This document shows positions 23,285 to 33,283 of a stretch of 64,000 nucleotides of DNA, one piece after another. A program made the translations under genes and the position numbers. The stretch is from an uncultured Candidatus Rokubacteria bacterium (GTDB lineage Bacteria; Methylomirabilota; Methylomirabilia; Rokubacteriales; DASRDR01), in assembly GCA_963708025.1 (NCBI GenBank), contig CAVPSB010000025.1, forward strand, positions 224,001-288,000, read 5' to 3'. Each line of letters starts with the position of its first letter. The first letter of the stretch is position 1. The notes under the pieces are model-generated. The model did no database searches. It was given only the letters and a program-made list of their open reading frames with translations, and had not been told where the DNA came from.

Positions 23285-23737
23285 CTAGATACCTCTTTCC
23301 CGCCGCCAGCGCTTGATCCATCCCGTGTGCTCTGCTTCGTGGAAGCTGCGTAGACCCGCTTCGCCGTACAGCGAACCATCCAGTCCTCGTGGCGTCGCGG
23401 ACGAGATCGCGTCGAGCAGTCTCTGCCTCGATGTCGCCAGCTCCCACCTCACCTGGTCGAGCGACAGGGCGAGCCGCAGGGAGTGTCCCAGTGCGTTGTA
23501 GGCGGCATCTTGATCGTGCGTCATGCGCCAGGCCGAGCCGTGGCCGGCGGAGATGCGCACCACCTCGCTCGCCCGGATGTCATCCCAGAGTGCGAGGTGC
23601 GCCAGGTGGTTCTTGACCGACCAGCCATCGAGCGACGGTTCGGTCATCAGCTCGTCGCTGAGACCGTGGATGGCGGAGAGCAGCTCCTCCCGCATCTGCC
23701 GGTAGTGCTGGAGCAACGCGTCCCGATCCTCGGCCAT
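23285..23737 (-). CDS. DinB/YfiT-like protein
   Basis: WSVKNHLAHLALWD and C-terminal HEAEH. Confidence 0.8.
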   Translation of the reverse strand: MAEDRDALLQHYRQMREELLSAIHGLSDELMTEPSLDGWSVKNHLAHLALWDDIRASEVVRISAGHGSAWRMTHDQDAAYNALGHSLRLALSLDQVRWELATSRQRLLDAISSATPRGLDGSLYGEAGLRSFHEAEHTGWIKRWRRERGI

Positions 23738-23783
23738 GCCTCCCTCCTATCAACCGACCGGTCGGGCCAGAGGCGCGACCCCG

Positions 23784-26768
23784 TTACCCGGGCCGAAGCG
23801 GCAGCGTGAAGGTGAACGTGGACCCCTGGCCCACCTGGCTCCGGACCCCGATCCGTCCCCCGTGCAGCTCGACGAACTTCCGGGCCAGCGTCAGGCCGAG
23901 CCCGGTGCCCTCGACCTTCCGGGCGTCGTCGCGGCCCACCTGGCGGAACTCCTCGAAGACCGCCTCCTGGTCCTCCGGGGCGATCCCGATCCCCGTGTCG
24001 CTGACGGAGATCGCGACGAAGCCGTCGGTCGCCGTGGCGGCGACGGAGATCCGTCCGCCTTCCGGGGTGAACTTCACGGCATTGGAGAGGAGGTTCAGGA
24101 GGATCTGCCGAACCTTCCGCTCGTCACCGACGATCTCGCCCAGGCGCTCGTCCACGCTCACCTCGAGGGCGATGCCGTGGCGGCTCGCCCGCTCCCGGAC
24201 CAGGGTCAGCGCCTGGTGGAGGGCAGTCGGGCAGGTCGAATGGCCCCAGCTCCAGCTCGAGCCGTCCGGCCTCCACCTTGGAGAGGTCGAGGATGTCGTT
24301 GATCAGCGAGAGGAGATGCCGGCCGGAGGCCAGGACGTCCTGGAGGTACTCGGCCTGCTTCTCGTTCACGTCCCCGAACAGCTGCTCGGCGAGCACCTCG
24401 GAGAAGCCGATGATCGCGTTCAGCGGCGTGCGCAGCTCGTGGGACATGTTCGCGAGGAACTCCGACTTGTGGCGGCTCGCGGCCTCGAGCTGCTGGCTCT
24501 TGTCCGCGATCTCCTGGAAGAGCCGCGCGTTCTGGATGGCCAGGACCGACTGGGTCGCGAAGGTCTGGAGGAGGTTCACGACCTCCGGGGCGAAGCTGCC
24601 CGGCTCCTGGCGCCAGACCGAGAGCACGCCGACGATCCGCTGCTCGAAGAGGAGCGGAACGGCCAGCAGCGACCGGTACCCTCGCCGCGCGAAGACGGCG
24701 CGGAACCGCGCGACGTCGTACGTCCGCTCGTCCAGGACGTCCGGGACCTGCACGGGGGCCCGGAGGGCCGCGGCCTTTCCAGTCGCGCCTTCTCCCAGAC
24801 GGGTCGGCGCCGCCCGGAGCACCTCGCCCAGCTCTTCGTCGAGACGGTGCGCGCCCCTGATCTGGTGGAATTCCTGCTTCGTCTCGTCGTACTCGTAGAT
24901 GAGCCCGCCGTCGGCGGCGGAGAGCTGCGCGGCCCGCGCGACGATGGTGTTGAGCACCGTCTCCAGGTCCAGGGTCGAGCTGACCGCTCGGCTGACCTCC
25001 CCGAGCGCCTTCAGCTCCTCGACCGATCGCCCCAGCTCGTGCGTGCGGGCCTGCAGCTCCGTGAAGAGCCGCACGTTCTCGATGGCGATGACGGCCTGGT
25101 CGGCGAAGGTCTTCACCAGCTCGATCTGCTTCTCGGAAAACGGCCGGGGCTCGGCTCGCGAGACCGCGATGGCCCCGATGGGCGCTCCCCGCTGGAGCAT
25201 CGGCACCACCAGAAGGCTGCGCTGTCTCCCGGCCTGGGCAATCTCCACGAGCCGGTACTCGGGATCCAGGGCGACATCGGGCACGTTGATGACCGCCCGA
25301 TCCAGGACCGCCCGAGCGGCCAGGCTGCCTCGGTCCGGCGGCCGCGGCCACGTGTGCCGGGCCATCTCCAGCGCCTCCGGTGCCCAGTTGTAGTGACCCA
25401 CGAAGTGCATCAGCTCTCCGTCGAAACGGAAGACCCCGCAGTAGATCCCGTCGCAGAGGCGCGTCGCGCTCTCCGCGATGCTGTCGAAGACCGGTTGGAC
25501 GTGGGTTGGCGAGCGGCTGATGACGCGCAGGATCTCGGCCGTCGCCGTCTGCTGCTCCAGCGACTCCGTCAGCTCGGCGTTCCGCGCTCTGCAGCTCCTG
25601 GAACAGCCGCACGTTCTCGATGGCGATGACGGCCTGCGTGGCAAAGGTCTGCAGGAGGCCGATCTGACGGTCCGTGAAGGGACGTACCTGCCGGCGGTAC
25701 ACGGAGAGGGCGCCAACGAGCCGTCCCTCCTTCAGCAAGGGGACCATCAGAAGCGTTCGCATGCCCTCGAGCTCGACAACCGCTCGACGCAGCGGGTCGC
25801 CTTCGGCGAAGGCCGCGTCCGCGAGCACATCGTCGATGTGCACCGGGCGGAGCTCTTGGAGGACCCGGGCCAGGGCCGTGTGCGGCCCGGGCCGGATGGG
25901 AGCGCGCCGGTGGTGCTCGACGAGCGCCGACTCGGCGCCCCGGAAGGCGGCGGCGTGGTAGGCCTCGCCGTCGAAGAGGAACAGTCCGCCGCGTTGCGCC
26001 TCGCACAGCCGCGTGGCGTTGTCGAGGATCGTGTCGAACACGGGCTGGACGTCGGTCGGCGAGCTCGAGATGACGCCCAGGATCTCGGCGGTGGCCGTCT
26101 GCTGCTCCAGCGCCTCGGTCAGCTCGCGGTTTCGAGCCTCCAGCTCCTGGAACAGCCGCACGCTCTCGATGGCGATCACGGCTTGATCGGCGAAGCTCGT
26201 CACGAGCTCGATCTGCTCGTCGGTGAAGGGCCGAACGTCGGTCCGCCGGATCACGATCACGCCGATGACGGCGCCCTCCCTGAGCATCGGCACTGCCAGG
26301 ATCGTCCGGATCTCGTCGCCCCGCTCACCCGCGGCCCACCGGTACTCGGGGTCGGCGAGCACGTCGTGGATGTGGACGGCCCGGCGCTCGAGGATGGCTC
26401 GACCGGATGCAGACTCTCGACCGGGACGGATGGGATAGCGCACGATGACTTCAAGGAACTCGGGAGACGCTCCGCAGGCGGCCACCCCGAGATAGAGCTC
26501 CCCGTCCTGCGCGTGAGATGCTCCCCTTGTCGGCGCCGCACAGCCGGACCGCGCTCTCGACCAGGCTCTGCAGCACCGACTGGAGATCGAACGCCGATCG
26601 GCTGATGGTCCTGAGGACGTCGCCGGTCGCCGCCTGCTGCTCGTGGGCCTCCGCCAGGCGCTTCTCGAGCTGGCGACGTCTGGAGGCCTCGCTCTTCAGG
26701 GACATGCGGAGGCCGGCGACCAGCTCGGCGTCACCCCTGGCCTTCGCGGGCTTCGCACCTCGACGCAT
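23784..26768 (-). CDS. Multi-GAF sensor histidine kinase, frameshifted
   Basis: Repeated [10 protein letters not shown]..ISxS and [18 protein letters not shown] units; [40 protein letters not shown]. Confidence 0.9.
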
Positions 26769-26964
26769 CGGCCCTCCTGCAACACCGGCGCCACCACCGC
26801 GCGGCGATCGACGACAGGCTACGCGAAGGGCCCCCGGGGGGCAAGCGGCCGCCGCCGGTGGCTGGGCCGGGACCCCCGTCTACAACGGCGGGACGGAGGG
26901 TGCTATGCTGCCGTCCGAACGAGCCTTCCGGGAACCCCCCATCCACGGCGAGGAGGACACGGCG

Positions 26965-28570
26965 GTGACCAAGACCATGCGGTGGCTCATCCCTGCGGCG
27001 CTCGCGGCGGTCCTGGCGCTGGCGCTCCTGCCCTCCGGGCAGGCCCAGCCGAAGGACGTCACCATGACGTACATCGAGGGCCAGCCGGTCACGACCATCG
27101 ACCCGGCCAAGCACACCGACGAGAGCGCGCATCACGCCGTCATCAACATGTACGACCCGCTCCTCTACCCGAAGGTGGCCGAGAACTCGATGGAGCCGGG
27201 CCCCCACGTCGCCGAGTCCTGGAAGATCACGGACGGCGCGAAGGTCTACACCTTCCAGATCCGGAAGGGCATCCGCTTCCAGGACGGCCGCGAGCTGACC
27301 GCCGACGACGTGGTCTTCTCGCTCCAGCGGATGCTGGCCCTGAAGAAGGGCTTCTCCTGGCTCTGGAACGGGGTCCTCACCGGGGAGCAGGTGCGGGCGA
27401 CCGGGCCCAACACCGTCGTCTTCACCCTGAGCCAGCCGTACGCCCCGTTCCTCGCCACCATGACCCAGCTCTTCATCGTCAACAAGGAGCAGGTGCTGGC
27501 CAACAAGAAGCCCGGCGCCTACGGGAGCTTCGGCGACCACGGCGAGGCGTGGATGGGCGACCACGTCGCGGGGTCGGGGCCCTACATGCTCGAGTCCTGG
27601 GACCATGCCACGACCCTCGTCATGAAGGCGTTCCCCGGGTACTGGCGCGGCTGGAAGCCCAACCAGGTGACCCGGGTGACCTACCGCACGGTGACGGAGG
27701 AGGCGACGATGCGGACGCTCCTCCTCTCCGGCCAGGCGGACATGATCGACCAGTGGCGGCTGCCCGACCACGTTCGAGCAGCTCGCCAAGACCCCGGGGA
27801 TCGTGGTGGACGAGAAGCCGAGCGCCCAGCTCTACCACATCGAGCTCAACACCCAGAAGCCGCCCCTGACCGACCCGCGGGTGCGGAAGGCGATCGCGCT
27901 CGCCTTCGACTACAAGACGGCCATCACGCAGATCTTCCGCGGCGCGGCGCCGGCCCGGGGCCCGGTGCCGGTCCGGGTCTACGGCCACGCCGACGCCGTC
28001 CAGCCCTACGCGCAGGACGTCGAGCAGGCCAAGCGCGAGCTGGCCGCGGCGGGGGTCAAGCCCGGGACGGTCACGCTCGCCTACTACTTCCCCTCGGGGA
28101 ACGAGCCCGGCCGCCAGGTGGGGCTCCTCTTCCAGGCGAACCTCGCCGCCGTCGGGATCAAGCTGGAGCTCCGCGAGACGCCGTGGGCCCAGATCGTCCA
28201 GGCCTCGGCCTCGGCCGAGACGAACCCCGACGTGTGCTCGATCTTCGACACGCTCAAGTACCCGCACCCCGACAGCCACACCTACGGCATGTACCACCCG
28301 AGCGCGTGGGGGAGCTACCGGACCATCAGCCGCTACAAGGACGACGAGGTGACGAAGGTCCTCGAGCAGGCCCGGGCGACGGCCGAGCGCGAGCCCCAGC
28401 TCGCCCTCTACCGGAAGTCGCAGGAGCTGGTCGTCAAGGACTACCCGAGCCTCTACGTCGCGAACCCCGTGCACCGGATCGCCTTCCGGGACTACGTGAA
28501 GGGCTACCGCTACGTCGGCCTCCTCGGCTACGACGTGGCGTTCTACGACTTCACGATCGAGAAGAAGTAG
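26965..28570 (+). CDS. Peptide/nickel ABC transporter substrate-binding protein (family 5), one frameshift near 27765
   Basis: Signal peptide, IRKGIRFQDGRELTADDVVFS, GSGPYML, DPRVRKAIALAFD. SD GAGGAGG before GTG. Confidence 0.9.
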
Positions 28571-28600
28571 CGCGCCGCCGGCCCCCGGGGTGGGGCAGGG

Positions 28601-29605
28601 ATGGGCTCCCGCGACTACCTGCTGCGGCGGATCGCCCAGCTCGTCCCCACCCTCCTCGGGCTCCTCGTCCTGATCTTCCTGATCGCCCGGGTCATGCCGG
28701 GCGATCCGGTGCGGCTGGCCCTCGGGCCGGAGGCGACCCGGGAGCAGATCGAGACGTACCGCCGCCAGCTCGGGCTCGACCAGCCGCTCCCCGTCCAGTT
28801 CGTCCGCTACCTGGGCGGGCTGGCTCGCGGCGACTTCGGCGAGTCCATCCGCACCTACCGGGACGTGCGGCTGGACATCCGCGACTTCCTGCCGGCGACG
28901 GTGGAGCTGGTGCTGGCCGCGCTCGGGCTGGCGATCGTGGTCGGGGTGCCGCTCGGCGTGCTCTCGGCCGTCTACCGCGACACCTGGGTGGACAACCTGA
29001 CGCGCATGGTGGCCATCCCGGGGGTCGCGCTGCCGCGCTTCTGGGTGGGGATCGTGCTCCAGGTCGGGCTCGCCTACCAGCTCGGGCTCTTCCCCCTGGT
29101 CGGCCGCGCCGACCGCCCGCCGCGGGGGCTCACCGGGATGTACCTGGTGGACGCGGCGCTGACTTGGGACGGCGCCGCCCTGCTCGACAGCGCGCTCCAC
29201 CTGGCGCTGCCCGCGTTCACGCTCGCGCTCCCGACCCTCGCCCAGCTCGCGCGGCTCACGCGCGCCAGCATGATCGACGTCTTCCGCCGCCAGTACATGC
29301 TGGTCCACCAGGCCTTCGGGATCCCGCCCGCCCGCCGGATCCTGCGCTACGGCCTCCGGAACGGCCTGACCTCGGTGCTGACCCTGGTCGGCATGACGTA
29401 CGGTGCCCTCATCGAGAACGCGTTCCTGGTGGAGGTGGTCTTCGGCTGGCCCGGCATCTCCGCCTACGGCGCGGCCGCCGTCATCGCCAAGGACTTCAAC
29501 GCCGTCGTGGGCGTCACGCTCGTGATCGGGCTCTCCTTCCTCCTCGCCAACCTGCTCGTGGACGTGGCCTATGGCCTGGCCGACCCCCGGGTCCGCCGCC
29601 GCTGA
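28601..29605 (+). CDS. dppB: Peptide ABC transporter permease (DppB-like)
   Basis: MPGDPV, LGLDQPLPVQF, GDFGES, LPATVEL, EVVFGWPGI. Confidence 0.9.
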   Translation: MGSRDYLLRRIAQLVPTLLGLLVLIFLIARVMPGDPVRLALGPEATREQIETYRRQLGLDQPLPVQFVRYLGGLARGDFGESIRTYRDVRLDIRDFLPATVELVLAALGLAIVVGVPLGVLSAVYRDTWVDNLTRMVAIPGVALPRFWVGIVLQVGLAYQLGLFPLVGRADRPPRGLTGMYLVDAALTWDGAALLDSALHLALPAFTLALPTLAQLARLTRASMIDVFRRQYMLVHQAFGIPPARRILRYGLRNGLTSVLTLVGMTYGALIENAFLVEVVFGWPGISAYGAAAVIAKDFNAVVGVTLVIGLSFLLANLLVDVAYGLADPRVRRR

Positions 29606-30506
29606 GCCGGTCGCCGGGGTGCCGGCGCCGGGGGCCGGTGTGGCGGCGTCGCGCGCGCGCCGCCGGGTCGGGGGCCGGCCGCTCCGGCGGCTTCTCCGGA
29701 ACCCGCTGTCGGTCGCGGGCGGGGTGGTCGTCCTCGTCCTGCTGGTGGCCGCGGTGGCGCCGGGCTGGATCGCGCCGTTCCCCGAGGACGCGGGGCCGAG
29801 CGTCCACTTCGACCGGACCTTCCAGCCACCCGGGTCGCGCCACTGGTTCGGCACCGACGAGGTCGGGCGCGACGTCTTCAGCCGGGCTGTCTTCGGCGCC
29901 CGCGTGTCGCTGACCCTCGCCGTCGTGGTGCTGGGGACCGCGCTCGCGGTCGGCGTGCCGCTCGGGCTCTACGCCGGCTACCGCGAGGGGGCGCGGACGA
30001 GCGGCTGGGTCATGCGGGTGACCGACGTCTTCCTGTCGGTCCCCCCGCTCGCGCTGGCCCTGGCCGCGGCCGCCGCCGTCAAGCCCGACCTCACCGGCGC
30101 CGCCATCGCCATCAGCTTCACCTGGTGGCCCTGGTACGCGCGGCTCGTCTACGGGGAGGTGCTCGTCCGGCGGGAGGAGCCCTACGTCGAGGCGGCCCGC
30201 GCCCTCGGCCAGGGCGACGCCCGCATCGCCGTCCGGCAGATCCTGCCCAACCTGTTGTCGCCGGTGGTCGTGAAGACGACCCTCGACGTGTCGTTCGTCA
30301 TCCTGCTCGGCTCCGGCCTCTCGTTCCTGGGGGTCGGCGCCCAGGAGCCCACCCCCGACTGGGGCGCCATGGTCGCCCGCGGCCGCACGTTCCTCCCCGG
30401 CTACTGGTGGCTCTCCACCATGCCGGGGCTCGTCATCTTCGTCGCCGTCCTCGGCTTCAACCTCCTCGGCGACGCCCTCCGCGACGCCCTCGACGTCTGG
30501 GACTGA
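29571..30506 (+). CDS. dppC: Peptide ABC transporter permease (DppC-like); start uncertain
   Basis: HWFGTDEVGRDVFSR, YVEAARALG, LSFLGVG..PDWG, FNLLGDALRDALD. Confidence 0.9.
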   Translation: MAWPTPGSAAAEPVAGVPAPGAGVAASRARRRVGGRPLRRLLRNPLSVAGGVVVLVLLVAAVAPGWIAPFPEDAGPSVHFDRTFQPPGSRHWFGTDEVGRDVFSRAVFGARVSLTLAVVVLGTALAVGVPLGLYAGYREGARTSGWVMRVTDVFLSVPPLALALAAAAAVKPDLTGAAIAISFTWWPWYARLVYGEVLVRREEPYVEAARALGQGDARIAVRQILPNLLSPVVVKTTLDVSFVILLGSGLSFLGVGAQEPTPDWGAMVARGRTFLPGYWWLSTMPGLVIFVAVLGFNLLGDALRDALDVWD

Positions 30507-30546
30507 CGCTGGCTCGTCCGACGGGCTACAAAACGCTCGCTCTGAA

Positions 30547-30586
30547 CATACCCAGGACGGGGTTTATCATACCCACCGTGGGAATG
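30547..30586 (+). promoter_or_regulatory. Tandem imperfect palindromes (candidate autoregulatory operators)
   Basis: catacccaggacggggtttat and catacccaccgtgggaatg lie immediately before the MNT start. Confidence 0.45.
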
Positions 30587-31212
30587 AAGCAAGCGTCGCG
30601 GAGAGGATCATCCGAGGACTCCGTCGCCGGGCCTGGCCGACGCGCTGTTCGCCAAGGTGCAGCAGCGCGTACTGGGGGTGCTCTTCGGCAATCCTCGGCG
30701 GAGCTTCTACGCCAACGAGGTCATCGGCCTGGCCCGCTCCGGTACCGGCGCCGTGCAGCGAGAGCTGGCCCGGCTGGAGGCATCCGGGCCTCGTGACCGT
30801 GACCCGCGTCGGCAAGCAGAAGCACTACCAGGCGAATGCCGGCTCGCCGGTGTTCGAGGAGCTGCGAGCGCTGGTGCTCAAGACGGTCGGGCTGGCCGAC
30901 GTGCTGCGCGCGGCGCTGGCGCCGGTCTCGCGAAGCATCCGCGCGGCGTTCGTCTACGGGTCGATCGCAAAAGGCCAGGACACCGCCGCGAGCGACATCG
31001 ATCTGATGGTGGTCACCGACCGCCTGACCTATGCGGATCTGTTCGCTGCCCTGGAAGAGGCCTCCGCGCGACTCGGACGGAAGGTCGCTCCCACGATCTA
31101 TTCGCCGAAGGAGCTGTCCAAGCGCGTGAAGCAGGACAATGCGTTCGTGACGCGGGTGCTGGCGCAGCCCAAGCTGTGGCTGATCGGCGACGAGAGTGCC
31201 CTCGCCGCTTGA
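30584..31212 (+). CDS. wHTH + minimal nucleotidyltransferase (MNT) antitoxin, frameshifted
   Basis: LADALFAKVQQRVLG...GTGAVQRELARLE (HTH); AAFVYGSIAKGQDTAASDIDLMVV. Confidence 0.85.
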
Positions 31213-31789
31213 GAACCTGTGCGGGCCGGACAAACCCTTGCGCAAGGAGGCGCCGGACGCGAAGGAGCTTGCCGGCCTCGAGCGGTCCGGTCTCACGCGA
31301 CTAGCCGATGCGCAGAAGCAGGCAAATTCCCTGGAGAGTCGATTCGATCTCGCCTACAACGCGGCGCACGCGCTAGGCCTCGCGGGGTTGCGCCGCTCGG
31401 GGTATCGCGCCACGAACCGATACATCGTGTTTCAGGTGCTTCCGCACACGCTCGGTGTCGGCCCTGAAGTGTGGCGGGTGCTTGCCCGGTGCCATGAGCT
31501 CCGCAATCGCGGAGAGTACGAGGGCGATCTGTACGTGGACGTGCGCCTGCTTACCGACCTGATCGATGCGTGTGTGCTTCCCATCCGGCGGCGGGACGAA
31601 GGCGCCGATTGGCGTCAGCATCGAGGAGTTCCACGTCGCGCGTCCGAGTGCTTCCCATCCGGCGGAGATGATGGCGAGCCGATTGGCGTGAGCATTTCCA
31701 TAGAGTTCCGCATCGCCGCCACCTTCGTGGCGCAAGGGCCGGGCCCGACGTTTCCGACTGGACAAGTGAGGGAGTGCATGGTCACCTGA
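31196..31789 (+). CDS. HEPN-like toxin partner; C-terminal part after about 31575 probably foreign
   Basis: SRFDLAYNAAHAL...CHELRNRGEYEG. Overlaps the MNT stop. Confidence 0.7.
   Translation: MPSPLENLCGPDKPLRKEAPDAKELAGLERSGLTRLADAQKQANSLESRFDLAYNAAHALGLAGLRRSGYRATNRYIVFQVLPHTLGVGPEVWRVLARCHELRNRGEYEGDLYVDVRLLTDLIDACVLPIRRRDEGADWRQHRGVPRRASECFPSGGDDGEPIGVSISIEFRIAATFVAQGPGPTFPTGQVRECMVT
31574..31696 (+). repeat. Imperfect tandem repeat, two units starting 74 bp apart
   Basis: gtgcttcccatccggcgg at 31574 and 31648, each followed by gccgattggcgt(c/g)agcat. Confidence 0.8.
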
Positions 31790-31873
31790 AGGGATGCGGC
31801 GCTATCACCCCGAGGCCGCGTCGCGGCTGACGCCATGACCGGGGTCGTGCCCGAGGACTCCAGAGGACGCCAC

Positions 31874-33283
31874 ATGCCCCAGGCGCCGTGGATCTCCCGC
31901 CGAGCGGGGGCTTTCGCCCTCGCCGGCCTCCTCGTCCTGCCCTGGCCGGCTGCGAGCAGAAGGCGCCGCCCGCGTTCGAGCGGCCGCCGGCGCCCGTCAC
32001 CGTGGCGGCGACGATCGCGCGCGACACGTCCCTCTACCTCGACGAGGTGGGCAAGTGCGTGGCCAACGAGGTCGTCGCCGTCCAGCCGCAGATCTCGGGA
32101 CGGATCGTCAAGATCCACTTCGCGGACGGCGCCGATCTCAAGCAGGGTGACCTCCTGTTCACGATCGACCCGCGGCCGATCCAGGCGACCGTCCAGCAGG
32201 CCGAGGCCAACGTGGCCCGGGACCAGGCCCAGGCGCGCCAGGCCGAGGCCAACACCGCGCGCGATCAGGCGCAGGTTCAGCAGGCCCTGGCCGCGCTGAC
32301 CCAGGCCCAGGCGCAGCTCGGCCAGGCCGAGGCGAACGTCGTCCGCGACCAGGCGCAGCTCGAGAACGCCCGGGCCCAGGACCGGCGCTACGCGGAGCTG
32401 GTCCGTCAGGGCTTCGTCGCGCGCGAGCAGGCCGATCAGGTCCGCACCGCCATGGAGACGGCGGCGGCCACCCTCCGCGCCGACCAGGCGATGGTCGACA
32501 ACGCGAAGGCGGCCATTGCCGTGGCCGAGGCCACGCTCGCGCAGGCCAAGGCCGCGGTCCTGGCCGGCCAGGCCGCCGTCGAGAACGCCCGCGCCGTCGT
32601 CCGCGCCAACGAGGCGGCCGTCGAGAGCACGCGCCTGCAGCTCGCGTACACGGAGATCCGGTCGCCCATCGATGGCCGCGCGGGGCAGCGGCTCGCCGAC
32701 CTCGGCAACATCGTGACCGCGAACGCGGGCTCGCTCCTCAGCATCCAGCGGCTCGATCCCATCTACGCGGAGTTCACGGTGACCGAGAACGACCTCGGCG
32801 AGGTTCAGCGGAACATGCGAGGGGGGCGGCTGCAGGTCGAGGTCCGGCTGCCCGATCAGCCCGACACCGTCATCCCCGGCACGCTCACGTTCCTCGACAA
32901 CGCCGTGCAGGAAGGGACCGGCACCGTCAAGCTCCGCGCCACCGTGCCGAACCGCGAGCGCCGGCTCTGGCCCGGGCGCTTCGTCAACGTCCGGCTCATC
33001 CTCGGCCGCGTCGCCGGCGCGGTGCTCATCCCCGCCTCGGCGCCCCAGATGTCGGCAAAGGGGCTGTTCGTCTACGTCGTCAAGGACGACTCGACCGCCG
33101 AGATCCGTCCGGTGACCCTCGGCCAGCGTCAGGGCGAGCTCGTCATCGTGGCCTCCGGCGTGAAGCCCGGGGAGCGGGTCGTCACGACCGGCCAGATGGG
33201 CGTCACCCCCGGCGGGAAGGTCCGGGTCGAGGAAGCGGGGGGGCCCGGACGGCGCCGCGCCCGCCGGGGCCAGCAAGCCATGA
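31874..33283 (+). CDS. RND efflux periplasmic adaptor (MdtA-like), frameshifted near both ends
   Basis: VAVQPQISGRIV..FADGADLKQGDLLFTIDPRP, IRSPIDGRAG, LWPGRFVNV. ATGA junction with the RND gene. Confidence 0.85.

Noticed and set aside
23784-26768. Repeated DNA segments within the kinase gene
   Set aside because: Explained by tandem GAF domain duplication, common in this kinase family.
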